From NCBI GenBank assembly GCA_002245135.1, contig NGBS01000003.1:1-64000 (forward strand): a stretch of DNA of 64,000 bases. The letters are read 5' to 3'. The notes under the pieces were generated by a model that worked only from the letters and a program-made list of their open reading frames with translations, ran no database searches and was not told the DNA's origin. Each line of letters starts with the position of its first letter. Positions within the stretch are counted from its first letter, which is position 1. The translations under genes and the position numbers were made by a program. This DNA is from Proteromonas lacertae. Taxonomy: Eukaryota. Below, piece by piece: positions 51,696 through 64,000 of the stretch.

Positions 51696-52106
51696 AAAAA
51701 CTGAAACACAATTTTGTGAAACGACTATATTTTTAAATATTTTATTGTGAGAGATTGAGACTAGAGTATGAACATATCTAAATACTAGCAATAGTAAAAT
51801 GTGTAATATTAATGTATCATATGTTCTATTTCATAATTTGGTAATTGAAAGAAAATTATAGTCTTGATAATGTTTTAGAATAGCATTTCTATGCGGTATG
51901 GTTGTTTTAAATATATTTATATTGAAAAATTAATGAATTAGAAAATCAAAACGAAAAGTATAATGTAATTTCTGATTCACATTGCAAATAAATCAAGGAA
52001 TTTCAAATCTGTAGTTTTTTGTTGCTAGCACTTCTGTTAAACATCTCTAAAACTCAAAAAATAAATTCAAATTAATATGTAAAACGGCTCTATTCGTTTC
52101 ATCAAA

Positions 52107-55100
52107 ATGACTAAATTAATTACTGTAGTGTTGTTGTTAATAGTATTTGAAAATTGTCACTCGTATTATTTATTGGTTATAATTCCATAGCCAAAAACTG
52201 ATGTGTTCTGTTGATTTACTATATGCAGAGATTGATAATAGAATAGGTAAAGTTAATCAAGATTTTGATTACATTATTAGACAGTGCTTATCAAATGGTC
52301 AGTTGATGCAAAAGTTACCAAAGAGAGGTACAGTTTATACTTACGCTAATAAAACCGACTGTGATGTGGATTTATTTTTGTTAAAAAATGCTCATAAGCT
52401 TCCGCCTAATGTAACATTCTATAAAGATAAGAATTACACGTTATGGTATGTTAATCCTGAAATGTCAGGTGGCCACACTATATTCTTTGAAGATACAGGT
52501 AGAAGAAAAAATGAACAATTACCTCCTAAACAATTAACTGAAGAACAGTTAGAGGAAATGTTTATATATTCACAATCACAAATTCATCTTAATTTACAAG
52601 GATTGTATATTTGTTATATATATTTATTCAATAGAATGGAATCATATTTTGAAATGATAACTGGTGCTTTGAGGTTAGGTGTAGTTTGGGGTAATCAAAG
52701 TTTTAATGCTGTTGATGTATATCCTCAATTGGATTTTCCGCTTAGATGTTTAGCATTTCAAATGGCTTCAAACGGTTTTGGTGATATGTGGCCAATTTTA
52801 GTAAGTGGAAGGTTCTTAGAAGGAAGAATCAATAAATTTTATTATGATCCTCCTCTACAAGCTACTTGTATTGATTATGCCTATCCAAACATGTTTGAAG
52901 GATATGACTGGACTGAAAGATTTTCAGTATCTCAAGTTACATTTGATACATATAAATTTCTATACAGTAATTTAGATGAAGAAGATAAAGTAAATAATGA
53001 TATCTATTATTTTGTAAGTGATAATTGTACAGGTCTTATTGTTGGAATGAATAACGACACAATGGAATTTTTACTTGAATCCCAGAATTATTCTATTCCT
53101 CATTTTATTCAAAATATGACCAATGGATTTAATAAGATATTTACAGAGTTTTTCACTGAAGATATAGATAACTGTGAATCATTTAATAAAAAAAGACCAA
53201 TTAGAGATGGTAAAGTAATAAAAACGGATAATAATGAGGAATATTATGTTACTTATTATGCTAATCAAGGTTTAGTGAAATATTTATATTGGGCAATATA
53301 TAAGAACTCTCATTTATCAGAGACTAAATGGGAAGCTGATAAAACAGTTTTACATTATACATATTCATCAAAATACACTACAGCTTCTGATACAGTCTGT
53401 TTTACTAATACAGGGAAGAAACCAATTGATTGGATATTAAATACTGAATCAACAGTTGGTATTACAGTAGATAAATCTTCAGGAACAATCGCACCAGATG
53501 GAAAACAATGTCTTAAAGCATCAATTGATGTACAAAAGAGAATAACAGAAGATTATGATACAGTAGCTTATTATCTATCAATAACACCAAGTATTGATTT
53601 ATCCACCTGTTATTCCAGTTTTGTATTAACCGCTGAATATGATGTAAAAGATTGTACATCCAATGATGTTATTGCTTATATTGATGGATCGAAGAATTTT
53701 GATCTAATCGTAAAGTATAAATGGGTAGAACCACATACATGTTATGATGGAATTGAATTACCTCAAGAATATCACCATTCAGGACGTATATATATATTAT
53801 AATATATTATAAAAAATAGATTCGTTATCTGATGTTTCAGTTGGTTTACAAGTCTTGTGTTACATCTTCTTAGCAATATTATTAATAGAAAATCTCACCT
53901 ATTTAGTATTAATCTATCTCCGACCAGTAAACACTCGTTCAATTAGTCCTCCAATTTATTTCGTAGTGTATATTGTTGGTTCTACATTATGTGGTATAAC
54001 CTATCCCATAGCCTTTACTAACCAACCATGTTTCGCTATTTATGCATGTACTGCAGCTGGTTTACTATTTATTACTGCTGGTTTCTTCTTAATCACTTAT
54101 GATATTTATAAAAAACATGAAAAAAGACAATTTTCTTCAAAAGGTGAAGGAATGTTTACATTCAGGATTATTTTGGCAATTTGTATATTATTTGGAGTTA
54201 CTTTGTATATGAGTTATCCTTATCATTTTACATCTTCAGTCAATGCACAAGGTTATGAAATACCAGTAGAAGTATGTGGTTCTGATGATACAATTACTCA
54301 AATTGGATTATATCTAGTTGATGTATTTCATATAAATATATATATATATATATATTAATTATAATTAAAATAGTTTCTATTTAGTTTAATCGCTATAGCT
54401 ATGGCTTATCATTTAATATCCAATGGAATGAAAGAATTACCAATTTCAGCAAAGAAGGAATTAATAGTTACTTGTATTAATACACTTATCACTGTTGTAG
54501 TATTTGTGATTAGACTAATAACAACAGGAAAATATCCATCAGCCGCATTAACATTTGTAACATTCATTATAATGAATATTTGGGCTATATTTTTACTGAT
54601 TTTTGTATTACCACCATCTCAATTTTATAAAATAAAATCAAGTACAAATGCTGGAGGTGATTTAAAGAATCTATTATTTGATGATCCAATTATTAGAGCT
54701 TGTTTGAAATTATACTTAAAAGATATGCTACAAGAAGAAGGTATTGTATTTTGGGAGGAAGCTTGCAAATTCCAAAAGAACTTTAACAAACATAATAAAG
54801 AAGAAAATGAATTAGAAGCGAATAGACTTTACAATGGATATATTTTATCAGGAAGTGAGAATGAAATTCCTATTTCAGATACAGCAAGAGAAAAGATAAA
54901 AGTAGCAATTGAAAGCCATGCATTACCTTCTACATTATTTGAAGAATCAATTGGCGAAGTTCAGAAGTATATTTTGAACAATAATTCATATCTATTTACA
55001 CAAAGTAGATATGGTTTGCTAAGTGAAAATGTAAATATGTGGTTTAGTGAATTTAATAATTTTGATATTGAGATTAAGCAAGCTATTGAGGAAGAAATTG

Positions 55101-55216
55101 GTATTATATTACATGAAAGTGAGAATAAACTAAAGTTTAGATCGACTGTGGTTCAAGTAAGAAGCAGAGCTCCTTCATCAGTAGCATCTAGTAAAATAAC
55201 TCCACTCCCAATGTAG
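52107..55216 (+). CDS. Receptor-like protein: signal peptide, large ectodomain, multi-pass TM region, C-terminal RGS domain (7TM-RGS-like)
   Basis: Three ORFs are linked by short introns, with several hydrophobic helices and RGS-like EGIVFWEEACKF and YILSGSENEIPISD. Confidence 0.7.
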
Positions 55217-55352
55217 TTTAATTAGACAATCTATATTACTAATCACTTTTTATAATATATTCTCTTTTTATTGGTGTTAAAATAAAGATAAAACAAAAAA
55301 GAGAATCAAGCTAAATTCAAACAAATTTCTTTTTTCTTTTTGTTATTCTGAA

Positions 55353-55790
55353 ATGAATGGTGAAAGTTTTAAGAAAAAAATAGAAAGAGAAAATAAATTA
55401 CACAATTATGATCGACTTGATGATAAAGATAAAGAAAGAGTTATTCAGATTGACTATGAAGCTGATAATTTGCTTAGAATGCACAGTAGATGTGTCATGT
55501 ATTCTGTAAAAGTATTCATGATATTTTATTTCGATATATCGAATAGTATACTGCAATTGGTATTTTGATTGGTATGCCTATCTCTATTTCAAGAAAAAGT
55601 TATTATCCATTTATAATCACTGGAAGTATTGGTACAGCAGCAGATTATTTCGATTCTAAAACCAGGTGTAAACCATATCAACAAATGGTATATTAGTATT
55701 TATTATTTATAGTTGGATCTACTGTATGATGAAAAAGATAAAATATTAGGAATAGTTACTCCTCCTAACAAAAGACAACCTACTTTATAG
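55353..55790 (+). CDS. Small hypothetical protein with hydrophobic segments
   Basis: Three exons joined by short GT-AG introns. Confidence 0.5.
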
Positions 55791-56047
55791 CCAACAAAAT
55801 TATTTATGATTAAGTTTTTTATTATAATATATTTTGCATGTTGTATTAATTTATTTATTCATCATATAGTCTATTTTAAGTGAAACAAATCCTGAAAAAT
55901 GAGTTTTCTTGTCATCTATATCACAGGATATGCGCTTCTATATCATCTTAACAATTTTTAATAAAATGCACGATTTTATTATTTAGCATTCCTTCTAAAA
56001 AGAAGAAAAATCGACTCAAACCTTTGCTTGAAATAGAAATTTCAAGT

Positions 56048-57093
56048 ATGGTTTTTGGACGATATGAGTCATGTGGAATGCTGAATGTATGGTTAAATAT
56101 TTATGTTTCTTTAGGGGCACAAGAAGGGAATAACGTCTGTGAAATTCTCTCCATCTGGATCATTTTTGGCTACTTCATGTATTTACATAATGACATTATA
56201 ATTAATAGCATCTGACAGAACAATTTTGCTATGGGATGTAAGTACAAATGCATTTATACAGACATTTGAAAAGCATATTAGTGGAATATCTGATATATCA
56301 TGGTCGGGTGATTCACAATATTTAGCATCGGCTTCAGATGACAAAACAGTAAGAATATGGGATATTAGAACAGTATTTTACATTAATCGCTTAACATTAA
56401 TAGGGTTCAACATTACGTCTTTTAGAAGGTCATACAAAAGCAGTATCAGCAATAAAAATCCATCCATATACCAATCTCTGCGTAACAGGATCAGCTGATC
56501 ATACCATCAAAATATGGGATTTAGGAAGTGGTAAATGTATAGACACACTACTGGGTCATCAAAATGCAATATCTATGATTGATATAACATCGAATGGATA
56601 TGTATTAGCATCCTCTTGTTATGATGGTTCAGTAAAAATGTGGGATATGCTCAGTAGTAATTGTTTAGGAACTATTATTGATGACCATGATTTTATACCC
56701 AAAGGATTTATAAAATTTACATCGAATGATCAATATATGTTAGTTTCTTCTATGGAGAATATAATAAAGTTGTGGGATTATCATGTTAGTAAATATGTCA
56801 AGACTTATGAAGTATTTTTTTATTGATTTTTATATATTGATATATAGGGTCATAAGTGTAGTTGTTATTCTATATATTTATCTTATTCTTTTGACGGTGA
56901 AGAAATTGTAAGTGGTTCTGAAGATGGTAAAATAGTGATTTGGAATACACAGACAAGTGATATACTACAGACACTTGACGGACATACAGATTCTGTGTTA
57001 GCTTTAGACTGTCATCCTAAAAGACACTACATCGCATCAGGTGCACTGTCAAAAGACACTAGTATAAGGTTGTGGGAGAGCAGTAATAAATAA
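56048..57093 (+). CDS. WD40-repeat protein (WDR5-like)
   Basis: Repeated GH...WD units: LASASDDKTVRIWD, SGSEDGKIVIWN and DCHP. Confidence 0.8.
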
Positions 57094-57186
57094 ATTTAAT
57101 TTTTCTAATTCGCTTAGTTATTTATTGAAAAATGTGCTTTTGTTGCAGTTTCCACGAAATTTCTACGTTTTTAGATACAATTAAAG

Positions 57187-58180
57187 ATGTCTGACAAACC
57201 AAAGCAAGAGGTTAAAAAAGTATTGATTATGCTTGATGTATTTTTTTATAGGCCAAATTTTGGCAAAAATTAATTGTTGGTGGCATTGCTGGAATTGTTG
57301 GAACATCTATAGTGTATCCACTAGATATGGTTAAGACAAGATTGCAAGTATGGTTTATAAGTTATTTTGATTAATTAGAGACAAGTAAATTCTCAGAATA
57401 TGAAATATAAAGGACCGGTTGATTGCTTTAAGATTATAGCAAGAGAAGAAGGAGCAGCTGGATTTTATAGAGGTATTACAGCTAACTTAATTGGGGTGAC
57501 ACCAGAAAAAGCTATAAAATTAGCTGTTAATGACAATTTAAGAGAGTATTGGACAAAGCCAGATGGTTCTGTTCCATTACACAAAGCAATCATATCTGGA
57601 GGAAGTATACATTTTTGAATTATATATATATATTTTTCTAGCTGCTGGATTTTGTCAATGTATTGCAACAAACCCTATGGAAATCACTAAAATTCGTATG
57701 CAAGTGCAAGCAACATTACCTGTAGAACAAAGAACAGGTTTAGTCCAAGTGTGCAAAGAATTGGGAATTAAAGGTATGTACAAGGGATCAACAGTCACTT
57801 TATTAAGAGATGTTCCTTATTCAATGATCTTTTTCCCATTAAATGGTATTATTAAGAGTTTTTTCGCTAAGAACGAGAATGATGTTCCATTAAGTGGTGT
57901 ATTACTTGCTGGTGTAGTTGCAGGTGCATCTGCTTCTGGTTTAATGACTCCAATGGATGTTGTGAAAACTAGATTACAAGCTCAGAAAGGTAATAAAATT
58001 ACAGTAAGTGTATTTGGTGTATTTAAAGATATTTATGTTAAAGAAGGATTTAGTGCTTTATATAAGGGAACAGTACCAAGAATGTGTGTTCAAGCACCGT
58101 TATTCGCTATTGCTATGTTTGCTTTTGAATTACAGAAACGTTATTTAATGTATGGTAGTGTTTTTCATTCAACAAATTAA
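57187..58180 (+). CDS. Mitochondrial carrier, glutamate or aspartate-glutamate carrier-like
   Basis: YPLDMVKTRLQ, NLIGVTPEKAIKLAVND, TNPMEITKIRMQ and RDVPYS. Confidence 0.9.
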
Positions 58181-58261
58181 ATATTAAAATAATATTATTG
58201 AATGTGAATATTATTTGTTTTTTGAAAAATATTTTAAAAAAACAATAATTACAATTATATT

Positions 58262-60031
58262 TTATAAGTTAAAACAGATAGTCTAGGATGTGAACTACAA
58301 AGAGTGTATATAAATTTGTGATTTGAATCAGGATAGAAATTTGTCCTATTTACTCTACTCTTTAATTTGTATTTACCAACAGGTAAATTAGAACTTCCCT
58401 TTCTAATATCATAAAAATAGATCATTCCATTAGAAGTACCATATGATATTACATTTCCATCAGGATGCCAAGATGGTACAATATATTCACTTATCTTTTC
58501 TTCATATGATTGTGCTGTATAAACAACTTTTTGTGATTTCTAATATTAATATTATAATAATATACAATTATACAATATCAAAAATATCAAGTGATTGTGC
58601 ATGAGCTTTTACATTTGTATAACCGTATAACAAGGTATTTTGATTATTACTACTTGGATTTATCATTGTAGCAAAACCTGTTGTTCTTAAATTCCTATTC
58701 ACATTTTCTACATTAAATTCTTGTCTTTTTTCTTTCAATGAAAATGATTCTATACATCCATCTGCACTTAATAAATACAAATAATCTGATTTTATTGGGT
58801 TATAAACATCAGATAGATTCTTACTACTGATTGGAGTTGGTAAAAATGAACAACCACTAGCCAATGATTGATCAACATCTCTTACCCATAGAAACTATAT
58901 ATAATTGTATATATATAATTATACTGAATTATCTCTACTAACTGATACAAAATTCATTCCACTTGATAAAAATTTACAGGTTACCATTGCTATAATATAC
59001 ATCAAAAAATAATAATAATAAAATAAATACGTTTTCTATGAGCTTCTATTAATGGTTGTAATATGACTTTAGATTCTTTAACATCAACCATTATAAACTA
59101 TTATTAAAAATTACAATAAATTTATTAATATTATCATACACTACTTTTTGCAGTTAATCCTTGTTTAGCTCTTAATGTGGCAATACAATATTGTTCTGTT
59201 GAATCTAAGTCAACATCATCCACAAATGCATTTGAATCAGCATTTATAATATAATTTGTTCGAAATTTCACTAATCCTTTGGGAACATCTAAATCATAGA
59301 CTTCTAACGTACCTGTATTTGTACCAGCTACTAATATCTTTTGATCTGTGTTTCTGAAATGTGCTAAACATCTTAATGGCTGAGTTAAATTTGAATATCC
59401 ATTTATATCACTTATCCAAAATTTCGAAGATAATGACTCTTCCTGATGATTTACTTTATAAGGTGCAGCTGATGATGATGATGTTAACAATGGTGTAGGT
59501 GGTGAAACAGGTGGTATTATTGAAGCTGCTGTCGATGATGTTGGAGTTATAACTGGCTTTGGCATTTTGAATGGAGTTTTGAATTTATTATTATCAGAAT
59601 CTGATTCAGTATCAGTGTCAGAATCAGAATCGTCTGATGATATTGTGGCTGCTTTAGCCAATAATTCAGATTTTATGTCAATTGGTTCTTTTGGTTCTTT
59701 GGGAGCTACAGGATCAACAGCATTTATGTATGGTTGTTGATTGATCCTTTCTGTTGGTATTGCGGCTTGTGATTGAATTAATTGGATTTGTTCTCTTAAT
59801 ATAAGTTGATCAATATCAGCTATTTTTCTAGAATATTTAATTATATCTTCATTTACATGGTCTCTTTTCCTTTTGTATTTTTGAATATCATCATTTATGT
59901 TTTCTATTTTTCTTTTGTATTTCTCAATTTTTTCAAGGAATTGTTTTTTCTTTTCTAAAGAAGTAATCAAATGTTCCTATTATAGCATATTTTTAAAACA
60001 ATACATTTGCGATATTATTCTCTTTCTGCAT
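58262..60031 (-). CDS. Coiled-coil + WD40-like beta-propeller protein
   Basis: N-terminal heptads, an S/P/T-rich linker and WD-like exons (SWHPDG, YGTSNG). Confidence 0.6.
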
Positions 60032-60106
60032 TTCTCAAATTTAATTTCAAATTAAATTCTATTTAGCTCGATCGAGCTTGAATCAAAAAATCGATTTATC
60101 TCATTA

Positions 60107-60573
60107 ATGGATGTCAATGATCCTCATATAAGATCTTTACATGGATGTGCTAAGGATGGAGATATAGAAGGAGCAGTTAAAATAGTTGGTTCACATGAAA
60201 ACATAGATGCAAAAGATAAACTTTGTAGAACACCTTTGCATATAGCTGCATTTAATGGTCATTTGGATTTTGTGAAATTTCTCATCGATAAAGGAGCAAA
60301 TGTGAATAGTGTTGCTCAAGATAAAACATCAGCAATTCATTTTGCAGCAATGAAGGGTCATCTTGATGTTGTTAAATGCTTAGTTGAAAATGGAGCTAAT
60401 ATCAATTCATTAACATCAAAATCAAAAACTGCCTTACATGTTGCATCTCAAAGAAATGATATAGAAATGGTGAAATATTTATTAGAAAATAAAGCTAATC
60501 CAACACTAAGATTGAGTGTACCTAAGAATAATAGAAAAGATAAAAAAGATGAAGATAATAATGATGAAAAATC

Positions 60574-60637
<64 letters not shown>

Positions 60638-60961
60638 CAGAAAAAGGGAGATACCTGTTTAGAATTAACTACCAATCCAGAAATAAAGTCGTTAATTGAA
60701 GAATCTATTACTAAATACAGAGAGGAAAGAATGAAAAAAGATAATGAAAAAAGAATAAGAAAAGAGAAAAGAAAACTAGAAGAAGTTGAGAAAAGAGGTG
60801 AAAACAATACTGAAGAGAATATAAAAGAAGAGAATAAAGAAAATAATGGTAAAAAAGAAGAAAAAGAAGAAGAAAAGAAAATTGAACAACCATCCAAAAA
60901 GAAAGCTAAGACTGGTGCTAGTCTATCATATTTATTAGAAGATGATACTGATGATTTTTAA
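60107..60961 (+). CDS. Ankyrin-repeat protein with poly-N and a charged tail
   Basis: TPLHIAA..GH.D.VK.L...GA.VN repeats. Confidence 0.9.
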
Positions 60962-61075
60962 AATAGATTTATCTTATAATTATTTATTCTACATCGTGTT
61001 TTATGATGAAAAATAAAAATTGTCCAAACTTTTGGCTTGAGTTTTTATTTTTTATTTTTGTTTTTAACTCTTTCT

Positions 61076-61534
61076 ATGAATTTCGAAGAACCTAGAAATC
61101 CCAAAACAAGTATTAATTCTAGTTTTATTATAATGATAGAACATTATATTTGTGGAAGTATAGGGTTTAGTGTGACATTTATCTGGCTTTTAGTTGTGGC
61201 TATCGTCACAAAACAGTGGCAGGTAGTATTCTCATGTATAATAAATGATTTATTTTTTGATAGTAATACCAGCCGCTGTTGTTATTACTGGAGTGTTATT
61301 CGCTAATCTAGCTCAAGAAGATATTAGGTATATTAGATATATTAATAATATGATAGTTGCTTTCATCAATATGGATATATGTTTGTGGGCATAGGAATTG
61401 CTCTCTTAATTTGCTTTCCAATCACTTTTTATCGAACTGATTATGTTTCATTACCAGTATTTATACAATGGATGGTGGCCGACTTCTTTTCTGTTATTGT
61501 GCTGTTTTATATGGGTCAAGTTCTTGTAGAATAA
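61076..61534 (+). CDS. Small multi-pass membrane protein, unknown function
   Basis: Hydrophobic exons joined by three short introns. Confidence 0.5.
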
Positions 61535-61639
61535 TCTAATTTCGTTTTTTTATGTTTATGTGTTTTTTTTAAAGGTCAAAAAATACGGATTATTATAAAA
61601 CATTTAACATATATACTACATTAAAAAGGATAGATAAAT

Positions 61640-62275
61640 CTAAATAAAAACACGAATTCTATCTTGAGGACATATTGGATTTAGTTTTAACCATTGTTCT
61701 ATACACTCTTTATGATATGTATGTCCACAATGTAATTTAACATATTCTTGTCCCACTTCATAATTTGACAAACAAATGGAACAATCATCAAATTCATCTT
61801 TTTCACCTATTTTATTAGCTGATAATGAATGAATTTGTTGTTGGCTAGCACCAACGTTAGAAAGGTTCTATAAATAATATATTGATCAAAATATACTTCA
61901 TTGGAGTAAAATAAATAATATGTACTAACATATACGGCTGGAGACTATTCTCATAAGATAAAACGTTATACAATAACTAAAGGTATGGGTTCTAATATAG
62001 GATGTGTAGCTCGTTGATCGTTTTGACGATTTGTTCTATTATTATTCATTCTTTGTGAAGTTCGTATTCTACCTCTATGAGAGTGTGTCTCACATTCTAG
62101 CAAAATAATAAGCAACAGTTATACGGTTTACTGGCGTTCTTTGAGCTCTTTGCCTTGAATTAAGTCTTGGAGTCTCAGCATACTACATTTTACTGTCATA
62201 AAATAAATATACATATATGTTGACCACTCTTATAGTCTGTAAGTTGTATACTCCCCAATGATCTAGTGGATTCAT
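61640..62275 (-). CDS. RING-H2 finger protein (last ligand Asp: CPQD)
   Basis: Last exon reads CSICLSNY...LHCGHTYHKECIEQWL..NPICPQDR. Missed by the ORF track. Confidence 0.75.
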
Positions 62276-62695
62276 TAAAAAAATAAAATCACTTCAAATT
62301 TATTTTGATCAAAGTACCTCGAATTTGTTTCATTATAAAATATCATTGATATGATGAAATAGATCCAAACAAATACATTTTAAAAATGATTTATTAGGGA
62401 ATATATTATCAAGATTCAAATAAAAAACTGCTTTTATGTTTATCTGTTTTATATATCTCACTATTTGAAAGAACAAAACTCCCATACTCAGTAATCACAC
62501 ACATTAGGTGTTATATATTTCACATAATTACTTGTAAAAGTTTTATGTAAGTAATAAACGAAGATTTTCAACAATGCATTTCATTTTGACACAAAACATA
62601 GATAATTCATTCAAAATAGAATTGTATGATGTAAATTACATTTTTAAAGTAAATTACAGACATACATTACAATCTAATTTTCAGATAATCAAATA

Positions 62696-63426
62696 ATGGA
62701 TTGTATATAATAATATTTTTTTGTTTTCTCTTAACAGTTTTATTTTCATTTTTTATAACTATCTTATACTATATTTTTTAGCAAATAATCAACTGATCAA
62801 TCAAGTGGCTGGTGATTACACTAGCGCTGATTATCAAAGCATGCCGTTAGGAATGACCGATCTAGAATCTAGGCAGATGTCTATGCCTCAAGCTGGACAC
62901 GTTATCGATTATACCCAATATCCAATAGATCCTGTATTATATTCTCTTTAATAAATTATTTTTAGGCACATCAACCTGCAATTTACCAAAATAATCCAAA
63001 TTTAAATATGGTTATGATGCCATTTGCAAATACACCACAAGTTATGCCTCAATTATTCTCCAGAATACCTATACAAAGTGAAGAAGAACAACCAATGTAT
63101 GTCAATGCCAAACAATACCATAGAATAATGAAAAGGAGAATAGCTAGAGAAAAACTCAATTCAATGAATCCTAACCATCGAAAGAAAGGTACATATTTGC
63201 ACCAAAGTCGACACAATCACGCCTGTAAGCGACCAAGAGGAGAAGGAGGTAGATTTCTCAGTAAAAGTAGTGTTAAACAACAAGATCAGCAACAACAACA
63301 ACAACAGCAGCAGCAACAACAACAACAACAAATCCAACCTGCTAATCAAACTACTCCATCTTTAACGGTTGTATTGACGCCTGTTCAACCACAGATAGTA
63401 TTATCAACTCAATTACAATCCCAATC

Positions 63427-63477
<51 letters not shown>

Positions 63478-63856
63478 TAAATTAAAACCCACAAAAAATT
63501 CCCAATCACCTCCACAATCAGCTTTATCACCACCACCTTCAACTATAAATGATGTTAATAGGGAAGTATCTCCACAAATTTCTATGATTAGTCCAAATTC
63601 GAATACATCTGATCAACGTAATATAGGGTTAAATAGTGCTGATGATGTAGCTTCCAGTTTATCCGCTTCTTCTCAATCGGTTCAAGGATTTCAACAATTT
63701 CAATTACCTTTCCAGCAATTACAACGACAAATACAAATTCAAACTTCTACGACTGACAATGAATCTAAATCAGAGACAACAGTGTCAACAACATCTATGG
63801 CAGATAATGCTTTACCACCACTGGATAAAGATATGCTTGACAATTGGAGTTATTAG
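62696..63856 (+). CDS. NFYA: CCAAT-binding factor subunit NF-YA (HAP2/CBF-B) with poly-Q tracts
   Basis: YVNAKQYHRIMKRRIAR...YLHQSRHNHACKRPRGEGGRF. Confidence 0.92.
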
Positions 63857-64000
63857 AATTTAATATTAATATAGTTTTTAACCTTTTTATTTAAATTTAG
63901 AACAAAGAATGCAAGTGATAACTTTTTTGAACTTCTTTATATTGTTATGTAATACATATACATTTGTAACTATAATATGTTTTTTTTATTAGTATATAAC

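Noticed and set aside
62696..63856. Functional linkage of NF-YA to the CCAAT-array genes by proximity
   Set aside because: NF-YA acts in trans and lies about 19 kb away, and CCAAT boxes also occur in ordinary promoters here, so the co-location is probably chance.
1..64000. Alternative genetic code or polyadenylation-created stop codons
   Set aside because: ORF breaks are explained by short introns. The genes I reconstructed end in encoded TAA/TAG/TGA, and I found no clear stop-less gene.

Overview
This is a very AT-rich, gene-dense eukaryotic (protist) window with many very short GT-AG introns of about 27-45 nt. That intron style and the gene content suggest a Blastocystis/Opalinata-like stramenopile, but this is inference only. 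About 35 mostly spliced genes can be reconstructed, including two mitochondrial carriers, OST3/6, an ASCC2-like gene, an FHA-AAA ATPase, methylmalonyl-CoA epimerase, DJ-1, DPH4, GT92, TMEM138, a ZIP transporter, a macrodomain protein, AP-4 mu, a tandem SET protein, a serine carboxypeptidase, a multi-TM-RGS protein, a WDR5-like protein and NF-YA. The centre of the window (about 26.7-44 kb) looks like an accessory island. It holds a lone 5S rRNA gene, a 501-bp direct duplication, decayed gene fragments and two giant tandem minus-strand genes of about 1524 and about 2089 aa after splicing. Each giant gene carries TWO Crinkler/RHS-like P-loop NTPase modules, with a restriction-endonuclease-like motif clearest after one of them. 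The two module subtypes occur in opposite order in the two genes. One gene has tandem SPRY-like domains, the other a long helical repeat spacer, and both share a homologous CCAAT-array promoter. This pair is the best candidate for an undescribed immunity or effector system. All domain calls were made by eye from motifs; no searches were run.
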